64,000 bases of DNA, taken from Callorhinchus milii (lineage: Eukaryota). A model generated the notes under the pieces. The model searched no databases. It saw nothing but the letters and a program-made list of their open reading frames with translations, and had not been told where the DNA came from. The first letter of the stretch is position 1. Each line of letters begins with the position of its first letter. The stretch spans positions 14,758,001 through 14,822,000 of the forward strand of contig NW_024704742.1 of the NCBI RefSeq assembly GCF_018977255.1, given 5' to 3'. Position numbers and translations under genes: made by a program. Of this stretch, positions 12,697 through 23,580 are shown piece after piece.

Positions 12697-13785
12697 AAGT
12701 TGTATGGCATTGCGCACCCCACTTCTCTGATCTTCTGTAATTCTGTTTTGCTCTGCAAACACGGGCCTCCTTCATGTTCTCCTGCCCGCAACAGCCCACC
12801 CACCTCCAGTAAGGTTTCAGGGACTATGCCCCAACTTTCTAGAACTCTCTTCCTAAATCCCTCTGCCTCTCTCTTTCTCTCTCGCTCCACTACTTTTAAA
12901 ACTTGGCAAAAACCAGCCAACTTCCCTCTTCTGTCCTGCCCACCCATCTCGCAGCTGTTGCTCCCACCCAAACATTTTAACGAGCTTTGAGAAGTTCTCT
13001 TACATGAAAGATGTAGGAGCATGTTGCTATAAAAGAGTGCATCTTTATTATACTTTGTTGTAGTCAATAATTGTTTCCAGAGTTTAAAGGTTAAGATTTC
13101 CTCAGTATAAATAGCAGTGTTTACAACTAATATATTTACATCCCCACATCACGAGCTTGTCTAGCTATATACTTATAAAAAGCTTTCTTCCAAATTAAGG
13201 ACAAATTCAATAATTGTCTACAATTTTGCACCATCTTAAAGTTTATGAGCACATTTCAAGGCTGTATTTTAAATATTGTTTCCCAATCTCCATTTAGACT
13301 TCAAATTGGACGTGAATGATTGATGGAGTGTGTCCAAATTGAGAGTTGATATCCTTATCTACCTTGTTTAGTAATGGTGTTTTGCCCAAGAGTTGCTGAG
13401 TACACAATCTTGATACCTGACTATCATAACTGAGATAAGAGGATCATTTTAAAGATCAAGGATTTAAATCATATTAGGACTTAGAACTCATACAGTTGAG
13501 GTTGACACTCCAATATAATGTCTATGCCACGCTGGCTCCCAACTCGAGCTGTCAACACTAAACCCATTCCCCTGCTACAACCCTGTTGTACATTGCCATT
13601 GTGGTTGTCATTCAGATTTCCAGTATTTGTAATAGTTTTTTATCTGCAAGACATTGAATAATCTCCAAAATGTGAGCCTCACTGAAAGAGCTATCCATTT
13701 AGCCCTGCCTTTTCTCTGTATTCTTTTATATTGGTCCTTTTTTCAAATATTTATCTAAATTCCTCTTAAAAGCTATCATTTTATA

Positions 13786-14160
13786 ATAGCTCAGTGGTTA
13801 GAGCTCACTGTGGATCAGTGGTTAGAGCACTCATCTCGCAAGCGAGAGACCTGGGTTTGATTCCAGCAAGGCGAAATGTTTCCTTCCTCTACACGCCTCT
13901 GTTTACCTAGCAGTAGGAACCTAGTTGTTAGTCGATTGGCAGATCACCTTTCCAGGGGTAATAATTCCTTAAAAAAAAATAAAAATTGATCACTTCAATC
14001 CACGACTGCTTGTGGAACACTGCTGTGCGGAATTAGTTGCCGTGTTTTACCCCCAAAATATATAGTCAATTCATTAACAGTATATTCTGTGAAGCGCTTT
14101 GTGACGTTGTGAAGATGTGGTAAGGTGCTAAATCAAATGCAAGGATTATTATTCTTATTA
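13786..14160 (+). mobile_element. SINE with duplicated head segment
   Basis: tcagtggttagagc occurs twice (about 13791 and 13815), followed by body, core and tail. Confidence 0.8.
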
Positions 14161-14522
14161 ATTCTTCATCAAGCATCATTTGAACATTGAAGTCAGGCTG
14201 TGTAAAAAGATTCTCCTTACTGCTCCTTTGAATGGAGTCAGACCGAATGAACTCATTTCTGGCATAAAACTAATGTGAAGACTTGAACATTTGATGTTGT
14301 TTTTATCATTGTTTTGAAGTAATACTGTTACATTTCCAGCTAACTCAATGGTTCAGGGCATATGGCATAGTTTCTTCAGTGTTCATGCAAATTCCAAAAT
14401 GTCATTACCTCAGAATTTCAATGGTATCCATTGAGATATCTGAGATACTAGATTTTAACCAGCAGCATCCAACACACAGTGTGGAGTCTCCAATTTCTAA
14501 GCGCCAACTTTAACCTGTGTTC

Positions 14523-14592
14523 TGGGTGAAAAGCCAGGGATGTTCCCTTGGGGTAACATGGGTGAAAAGCCAGGGATGTTCCCTTGGGGTAA
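14523..14592. repeat. Perfect tandem duplication of about 34 bp
   Basis: tgggtgaaaagccagggatgttcccttggggtaa twice, separated by 'ca'. Confidence 0.9.
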
Positions 14593-15269
14593 TGGCAGTG
14601 CACATTCCACAACTGGCAAACAAACCTTTAATCCTTAACTGCTGCAAATGTGGTTTTGGAGTATGAAGCATAAATCAGGCTCAATGAAGCATAAGTCAGC
14701 TCAAAAGCCCTCTGCTGGAGAAAGTAAAATGTACAATCATCTCCCAATGCCACGTTTGCTGATCTGTGGCACCCTAACATGTTATAAACTTTTAGACAGT
14801 GCATTGGGACTTTAGTGAGTCAGCACAAACCACTTGTGCTTTTCTTATTCTTTATACAGTCATTAAAGAGAGGTCATTTTAATTATCTGTCAGTGTGTCT
14901 GATTCAGGTGATAAGGAAAATTTTAAGAAATGCTCCCTTGTGTTCTGACTGACGCAAATCATGTATTTATGATTCATAAAGCAGATTCCCTTAATAGTCT
15001 GTGAAAAACATTGAAAGGATTTGAGTTGTGATGGGAATCTTTGGTTTCTCAGCCTCAAACTCTCCTTTTATTTGCCAAGTACAAATGGAGCGCTGTGTAC
15101 AGTTGGATAAAACCAAATAAAAAACATAATAAGCCTTGCATTTAATGTAGTACCTAAGAGCATTGAAACATCTCCAAGTGCTCCATAGGTATTTGCTATC
15201 AAGCTTAGTGACTGTGTATTTTGTAGCCAAGCATGGTAACTAATTTGAACAGTTTTTTTAATGGTCACC

Positions 15270-15548
15270 TGCATGTCCAACATGCAGAAACCCATCACCA
15301 GGGTATCCAAACCAAACTGAGAGTTCCATGTATCCCACCTATACACAAAATTCCCATGTATTGGAATGTGCACTATCTCATGGAAATACGCACCTTGTTT
15401 ACTTTATTCCAGAGCATATTAGGAGCAGATTGGCAAGAGCTCAGAACCCCAGGACATGTGTTGGAGCATTGCTGGAGTTTAATCAACTAAAACCATTGAA
15501 AGTAATGTCTGGCAAACTTCCCGCTGCTTGTGCAGCTAGGACCACCCT
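15270..15548 (+). repeat. Unclassified interspersed repeat, copy 3
   Basis: Colinear with 3400-3712. Confidence 0.7.
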
Positions 15549-15959
15549 ACATTGTTAGTGCTTTGGCTTGCAGAGTTAACAGGAGATGAGTGGGAAGAAT
15601 CCCTGCACCCAGTGACTGGTCTGCCTCTCCAAGTCTTACCATTAATCCAGGCTGGTTGGTCTATCATCAGTAGTTACTGGAGTACTGAGGACCCGCCTGG
15701 CTCAGAAACCAGACCTACCGAGACCACCATAGCAGGTTGACTTGATTCCACAATTCCATTGCCACTTTGGATCCAGTTCAACTCCAAGGAAGCTCTACTT
15801 ATCTACCCTCCAAGGAGATTAATCACCAGCTATGTCCTATAAAGAGCCATGAAATGCTATCTGTGAGATTGTTGGCCAGGACAAAAAAAAATGCCCTTCA
15901 CAATGTATAGCACACTGAGATCTTTAACGCCTATCCCAACAGATTTGAAAGCATTTGAA

Positions 15960-16520
15960 AATAAATAAAAATTGGCAAGTGATTTTCATTAAAGATATTG
16001 CCCTTTTAAGGGCATGGTGTTTGGCAGATTGGCAAGAGCCTGCTGAATGTCTTCAACACAGGCGCAATATGGAAATCATTCGAAGGTGTGCAATTTGTTC
16101 TCTAGAGCAGAGATTAGTAATCCTTGGTCAGGCTCTGTTGCCAATAGAATTATTTTATTGCAGTTAAAATTGGTCCATGGCCCTGGATTTCACTCCGCTG
16201 AAAGAGCTTTGCACTGCACTAAATCCGTCTAAGTTTGATGAGAGACTCACCAAATGTATTTCTTTCCAGGGTGGTGATGGTGGGGGGAATATAAGGCAAG
16301 GTTGTCCAATACCAATTGCCTTATTTGATATATTCATTAACATTGCATTGAACAGCATCAAAAGGGATAGACTCAATGTGTCTGTTCCAGGCATTTCTGA
16401 TAAGATTTAGCCAGGTCTTCTTATATATGAGGTTGTGCTGTTGGCAGATTCACTCTGCAATCTGTGGGGCTACACTCACGTTTCTGAACATTGGGCCACT
16501 CATGATGGTGAATGTCCACA
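15960..16520 (+). mobile_element. Old degenerate non-LTR retrotransposon reverse-transcriptase fragment, distinct from the local L2/CR1
   Basis: ORF 16177..16410 GNIRQGCPIPIALFDIFIN...VSVPGISDKI, then frameshifted PGLL..EVVLLADS (degenerate QG..SP and [Y/F]ADD region). Confidence 0.7.
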
Positions 16521-16840
16521 TGGAGTCCTGTAGCTCAGTGGTTAGAGCACTCGCTTTGCAAGCGAGAGACCTGAGTTCAATTCCAGGCAGAGGGCGAAAC
16601 CTTGGGCAAGTTTCCTTACTCCACACGCCTAATAATAATCCCTCCAAAACCAAAAACAATAATAAATTGGTCATTTTCAATCTACGACTGTTTGTGGGAC
16701 ACTGCTGTGCGCAATTGGCTGCCGCATTCGCCCACGAATATACAGTCAATTCACTTTACAGTATATTCTGTGAAGCGCTTCAGGACATCTAGAAGACGTG
16801 AAAAGCGCTATATCAAATGCAAGGATTATTATTATTATTA
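16521..16840 (+). mobile_element. Full-length young tRNA-derived Deu-core SINE
   Basis: A box tagctcagtgg, B box gagttcaattcc, Deu core gggacactgctgtgcgcaattggctgccgc, L2-like tail and (tta)n. Confidence 0.93.
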
Positions 16841-16984
16841 CTAAGTGCAGTATCGTGGCTCTACATGGCTTAAAAAGGAACTTGAAGGTTTTCATTGGAA
16901 GGTACAAGGAGCCAATCAATCCTAATTGTTGAATCATATCACTATCGGGGGTTTCTGATGACAATCAGAAACCCTGCCACTGTC

Positions 16985-17510
16985 TCAAACCACAGGCCGC
17001 CGAAATCCTCATGCATGCTTTCATTACATCGAGGCTCAACTATGCAAACTCATTGCTTGTCGGCCTCCCAAACTCTTCTTTCCATAGGCTGCAGATCATC
17101 CAGAATTCTGCAGCCTGTGTCCTCTCACACACTAACCCCATCCTCGCCCAACTCCACTGGCTTCCCATCACACAGAGGATACAGTTCAAGATCCTGGTCC
17201 TCACCTTCAAAGCCCTTCATGGTCTTGCTCCCTCCTACCTCTGTGACCTCCTAACCCCCTACTATCTTGCTGGCTCCTGCCGTTCAGCGGGCTCCAGCCT
17301 GCTTCACGTCCCCTGCCTCGTTCACCCCACTATTGGTGGGCGGCTTCTGCCACTCTGCCCCCACCCTCTGGAACTTCAGCCCGCAGTCCCACTGCCTTGC
17401 CCCCTCCCTTGCCACTTTCAAGACCCATCCAAAGACCCTCCTCTTCGACCGTGCTTTCGATTCGTCCTGCTTCACCCCCATCCTCCATCCTCCCCGACCT
17501 CGATCCCCAG
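16985..17510 (+). mobile_element. L2 3' ORF2 fragment
   Basis: HAFITSRLNYANSLLVGLP..LQIIQNSAA..LHWLPITQRIQFKIL. Confidence 0.9.
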
Positions 17511-17654
17511 CATCTGCAGTATTTCGTGTTTTGTCATTAACATTTACTTGGAGACTTCAGGAACATTGAGAAAGGCAAAGGACTTGTGGTCATACATGTC
17601 CCTCTTCAATGATGGCAAAGTTCCAATGCTGGTTAGCTTTTGGTGAATAAGAAG

Positions 17655-17900
17655 TATGTCCAAACCCGGTTGTTAGTCAATTGGTGCTTCGCTTTTCTGT
17701 GGGTAATAATTAATTTAAAAAAAAATTGGTCACTCAATCCACAACTGTTTGTGGGACACTGCTGTGTGCAATTGGCTGCCGCGTTTCACCCACAAAATAT
17801 ACAATCAATTCACTTTACAGTATATTCTGTGAAGAGCTTTGAGATATCTAGAAGACATAATAAGGAGCTATATGAAATACAAGAATTATTATTATTATCA
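17655..17900 (+). mobile_element. SINE 3' portion
   Basis: Deu core and tail. Confidence 0.8.
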
Positions 17901-18574
17901 TCATTGGACTTAGATCTCTAGAACATCAAGTTGGCTGGCACATCACAATCTGTCCTGTAGTGATCCTTTCATCATGCTGAAGACAGATGTCCATTGAATA
18001 GCTTATAAGGAAACTGAGGCTTGGGAAGAGAGCAGCTGAAAGGCATTACCTGGAATCCAGGTTTCTAAATACAAGTTCATATATCACAGTACTTGTTATC
18101 TACTCTGATTGGTATGCAGAAAGGTAAACAGCTGTTGCACATCTGCATTACCAAATGGTGAAGCCAACACTCATGGATAAGGTTGTGCATCTAAGCTGTG
18201 AGCTGAAAGTTGGTGACAGTACTTGCAAGCATTTCATGCTGAACTGCACTCCTCACCAAGAAGCTCATAAAGAAAGTTTGGTGATTGTTTCTGCCTTGTG
18301 AGGGCTCAATCTGTGGCTGTCAGATGACCAATTTATTGTTTTTAGCACAAAGCATGGATGTCGCACATTGTTTAGTTTATCCATCTCATGAAGTAAAATA
18401 CAACGGTTCTGCTTTTGCCTTGACAGTTAATTCAATTCATTTTTAAATGTGCTTTATTTTAATCACAGTAAATACTCCTTTCCTCTCCAGTAGTGCGGTT
18501 GTCATAAATGTGCCTGGGGTATCTGCTGGGCATTCCTTCTAAGCTGGAGGCTGGCTGTATACATTTCCTGTGAC

Positions 18575-19050
18575 TCGGCCACAGTTGAACAGTGTAAGAC
18601 AACAATAAACAAGGCCAGCAGGGTGCTGGGCTACATTGCTGAATGAATTGAGATCGTGCCAGAATTTATGCTCAATTGTTAACACTGTACAATTCTGGTA
18701 ACTGCAAAGAAAGGGAGTTGCCAGGCCTTAAAGGGATGCTCTTCAATAGTGGAGGGTGAGCTATAAGGAATAACTAGACGATCCAGGGATCTTTCAGCTT
18801 TAAAAAGAGACCCCTCTGAAGAGACCTTATAGATATAAGATGCTAAATGAGACAGAGAAAAGTAAACCCAGAACAATACTTTCAGATTTGCCAAGGAAGC
18901 ACAATGAGAGGGCACAGGTTAAAGGTTGTTAATGGTAATTTGATAATAATTTTATAATTTTATGGCATTTTCTTTACACAGAGGTTAAGAAGCAACTGAA
19001 ACAAGTTACCAGGTAGGACGGTAAAGCCAGAAAACTGGACTCATACAATA
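18575..19050 (+). mobile_element. Old, highly diverged CR1 3' fragment
   Basis: aaggccagcagggtgctgggctacattgc (KA.R.LGYI), gagagggcacaggtt (RGH) and tttctttacacagagg (FFTQR) motifs. Confidence 0.6.
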
Positions 19051-20212
19051 CTAATCATCTTTGAAATTGATATTGCACTTGCCTTTTTGTGTCAATATTT
19101 ACTTTAAGAAATATTGTAAGAAATATAATATAAGAAACACTATTGGGAAGATAGTAGGTTTGACATTCTGAGTGGGCGTGATGAAATGGGATCTTTAAAT
19201 TTCTTATTTCCCCACTTGGTGTTCACCATTTTCCTTATCAATAGCTTTGAAACATCCTTAAATGTGAAAGTTCTTGAACTCGCAGTATAAGTGCATCTCT
19301 TTCCAATCATACTGCATAACAACGCTGCATTATTTGATTCCTTTGTTTCACTGTTAAAACTTCACTTGCTTAACTTTATTCTTATTACTCTTTTCAAATG
19401 TTTTTGACTATAGTGACCAAAAATAATGTGAAAATTCTCAACACTTGCACAAAAACAGACCTGCTCGACATCTGCGACATCTCTGGAAATTCACTAGGGG
19501 GCGCTGTTAGAACCAGAATCAATTTAAATCCATTCAAAGTTGGCACCCAATGCTGAGTTGAAAGGATTTGAAATGAATATAGCTATGAATACATCTGTCA
19601 GCATGTGCAACGTTACCTCCACCATTCAGCACACAAAGACAAATGTTTCATGTTCCTTGATAAATATTCCAACATACCAGACTCCAGAGCTCTTATTTTT
19701 GTGTTGTGAGCTCCTGTCTGATAATCCAGACTGAGATTTTACAGACAGAATTTATGACGTCAGCCAGGCACATAAGAGATGCTAAGTCTCTATTTTTCAG
19801 ACTCGAGGGAGAGGGAATCTACACTGTAGAAAAGCTGGCTCAGCCTCCGATTTATGCATTGTGGCACCTCTACATGATTCCAGTTGTGAGGAGGGTTGGG
19901 GGAGTGGGGGTGCCCCTTGTGTTTTAAAAGTTTTGTTTCTCTCTTGCTCAGATCATGCAAAGCCACGAGTGCAGACAAGAGTGAGGTTAAGCACCCATTC
20001 TCAGGCCTTTGCCAAGTGGGGGGTTGCTAAGTGGGGGTTTGCAAGAGATCGGGAAGGCACAGAGGGTTACCCTCGATTTTTGGTCAGAACATTGTGGATT
20101 CATAATCTACATAAATACTAAAGAACGCTGCATTTTCAGAGGTGTCGTTATTAAACTGAGGTCCTGCCTATCTGTTCGGGTAAATATTAACAATGCCATG
20201 ACACTATTTGAA

Positions 20213-22532
20213 CATAAGAACATAAGAATTAGGAGCAGGAGTAGGCCATTCGGCCCTTCGTGCCTGCTCCGCCATTCAATAAGATCATGGCTGATCTTCT
20301 CACCTAACTCTGATTACCTGCCCTATCCCCATGTACCCTAATCCCTCTATTTTTCAAGAATCTATCAGTCTCAGCCTTGAAAATGTTCAAGGACTGAGCA
20401 TCTACAGCCTTCTGGGGTAGTGAATTCCATAAGTTCATTACCCTCTGAGTGAAGAAATGTTTCCTCAACTCTGTTCTAAAAGGCTGACCCTTAATTTTAA
20501 GACTGTGACCCCTGGTTATACATTCTCCTATCAGGGGAAACAGTCCCTCAGTGTCTACTTTATCCAGCCCTTTAAGAATCTTATAAGTTTCCATAAGATC
20601 CCCCCTAATTCTTCTGTACTCTAGAGAATACAGCCCTAGTTTATTCAGCCTATCCTCATAGGTCAGTCCCCTCATCCCAGGAACTAACCGAGTGAATCTA
20701 CGCTGCACCCCCTCCAGGGCAAGTATGTCCTTTTTTAAATAAGGAGAACAAAACTGCACACAATACTCTAGGTGCGGTCTCACCAAAGCCCTATACAGTT
20801 GCAGCAAGACTTCCCTACTCTTATATTCTAACCTTTTGAAATGAACGCTAACAACAACAACAACAACAAGATTCCATTTATAAAGCGCCTTTCACGTCAG
20901 GAGGAAGTCTCAAGGCGCTGCACAGTTGGGTCATGACCCGAGCAGGGGGAAATGGTCAGGGTGAGGGGAGGGAGGGAGCGAGGAGGGGGGAAATGGTCAA
21001 GGTGAGGGGAGGGAAGGGAGGGAGTGAGGAGGGGGAAGAGAGTCGAGAGGGGAGCTGAAGGCTCGGTCAAAGAGAAAGGTCTTGAGACCGGACTTGAAGG
21101 AGGAGAGGGAGGAAGCAAGGCGAAGGCACTGGGGGATGGAGTTCCAGAGCCTAGGGGCTGAGAGGCTGAAAGCCCGACCACCAATGGTAGGGCGATTGGG
21201 GCGGGGGACGTGGAGCAGACCGGAGCCAGAGGAACGAAGGGTACAGGCAGGTAGGTAGGGGGATAGTAGGTCAGAGAGGTAGGAGGGAGCAAGGCCGTGA
21301 ATGGCCTTATAGGTGAGGATGAGGATCCTGAAATCAATCCTCTGGGGGATGGGGAGCCAGTGGAGGCGAGCGAGGGTGGGAGTGATGTGGTCCCGAAGCC
21401 TGGTGCAGGACAGTACACGAGCTGCAGAGTTCTGAATGACCTGCAGCTTGTGGAGGGAGGTGGCGGGAAGGCCGGCGAGGAGAGAGTTCCCATAGTCCAG
21501 CCTTGAGGTGACTAACATGCCGTTCGCCTTCTTAGTTGCTTGCTGCACCTGCAAACTAACTTTTTGGGACTGGTGTACAAGGACACCCAAATCCCTTTGA
21601 ATACTAACTCTATCTAACTTCTCCCCTTCCAGTAAATAATCTGTTCTTTTATTCTTGCTACCAAGGTGAATAATTTCACACTTGCTAACATTGAATTCCA
21701 TTTGCCACCTACTCGCCCACTCCCCTAGCCTATCTGTATCTTGTTGCAATCTTTTTGCTACAATCTTCTTCCTTGGGACTCAGGGGAGTGTCCGGCTCCA
21801 GGATAAAGCTGTCCAGGAAGTTTTCTCCATCCCTAATGCTGCACAGCATCTCCACCTGAGACTCCAGCTCAGCTACTCTCAGCTGGAGCTCTCTGATTTC
21901 CAGACACGTGCAGCAGATGAAGTCGCCCAGACTTAAGGCACCCTCCATTGACTCCCACATGTGACAGACCTCACAGTTTACCTGCCACACCATCTTCACA
22001 AACTTTATATAGATACAAAGACATATAGCCTGCCCCCACTTTCCCCTCTGCACCTAATTCCCACTCTCACCAAATTCCCTCACACTCTGGCCTCGCCTCA
22101 CTCCAGATGTAGTTCGCTCTCAGCTCGAGTGAGGCTCACGCAGCTATCTCCTATTTATACTTTCTGGGTGCAACCCATTTCTGATTTGCTCGGTAGTGCT
22201 TTGGAATTAACGCCTAATCAAGTGATTAATCAATAAGTTAATTTAATCAATAAGTTATTTGTTATTGGTTCGGCTTAATTGGCTACAGCTGCTCCCTGTA
22301 AAGTTACCCCACAAGACCAATGTACCAATAGTATCAGCAATTTTAAATAACACAAGACTTAAAACAACTACAACAACTACTACAAGACTTGAATAACAAC
22401 AACAACAAATTGGGTTATGTACTCACGATAGCAGTTTTCACGACACTCACAGCAGCAATTCCCACTCTCACCAAATTCCCTCACACTCTGGCCTCGCCTC
22501 ACTCCGGACGTAGCTCACTCTGGGCTCTCGGC
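20213..22532 (-). mobile_element. Internally deleted CR1 (5'UTR + ORF1 start joined to ORF2 3' end and tail), inserted in a SINE with TSD TTTGAA
   Basis: ORF1 C-x2-C..C-x2-C/leucine-zipper peptide in ORF 21730..22053; ORF2 end LVRPHLEYC..FFTQRVMNLWNSLP; (cataagaa)n tail; TTTGAA at 20207-20212 and 22533-22538. Confidence 0.88.
20854..21511 (-). mobile_element. Young L2 3' fragment nested in CR1, TSD CTAACA
   Basis: [16 protein letters not shown].. and (caa)n tail; CTAACA at 20848-20853 and 21512-21517. Confidence 0.92.
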
Positions 22533-23079
22533 TTTGAAAAGAGAAGAGAGATTCTTTCTGTGTCTTGGCCAATGATCTTCCAGATTAAAGTAGATATTCA
22601 CCTTGTTGTCACCAGATTAAGTAGTTCTTCACCTTGGGATGTCCTCCCGATGTATTGTGCACAAATGTCTCCTGTATTTGCTAACAAAATACAGTCACTA
22701 AACTTGATAGAGGTTATTTGTAAGATGCCTTTTGATGTGATAAGGCACTATAAAAATGAAAGGATTATAGTACTTCTCCACTGTAGGGAGATGCAGTGTC
22801 CTGATCACTCACTTCCTGGAATCATACCAACTATGACTCTTGCTTTCTGAATTTCCCACCCTCCTGGAAAGGAATGCTGGATTTTCAGCTTGTTATTTCT
22901 CAACTCAATGAGGCTCAGGTCAGAATCGGGTATTGTGGGACTCAAACCTCCAGCCATCCCCATGAGATGTTAACCAAGTGTTTAGCACAGTGACAGTCAC
23001 CTCCATAATAATAATAATTCTTGCATTTGATATAGTAATTTGATATAAAAATTGATATTAAAAAATTGATATAAAAAAT

Positions 23080-23580
23080 TAATAATTTGGTCACTTCAAT
23101 CCATGACTGTTTGTGGCACACTGCTGTGCACAACTGGCAATTGAGTTTCGCCCACAAATATACAGTCAATTCACTTTACAGTATACTCTGTGAAGCGGCT
23201 TGAGACGTCTAGAAGACGTGAAAAATGCTATATCAAAATGCATGGATTATTATTATATATAGTGTCTTATCATGTTGAGATGTCTCAAAGTGCTTCATAG
23301 AATAAACTGTAAAGTGGATTGACTGTATATTGTGGGCGAAACACAGCAGCCAGTTGTGCACAGCAATGTCCCACAAGCAGCCATGGAGTGAGTGATCAAT
23401 TTTATTTGAAGGATTGTTAGCCAGGACACTGGGAGAAACTCCCTTCTGTTTTAGAATAGTGCCATGGGATCTTTAATGTCCACCTGGACAGGCAGACAGG
23501 ACCTCAGTTTAACCTCTCATCCAAAGGACGACAGTGTCCACAATGCAATACACTGCTTTGAAATGTCAGCTTAGTCCAGT
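23080..23580. mobile_element. Tail-to-tail SINE pair (+ 23080-23255, - 23256-23580)
   Basis: Deu cores in opposite orientation sharing an AT-rich junction. Confidence 0.8.

Noticed and set aside
16521..16600. tRNA-like sequences (also at 26452, 37040, 58521, 63589)
   Set aside because: Each runs directly into the SINE body; these are SINE heads, not tRNA genes.
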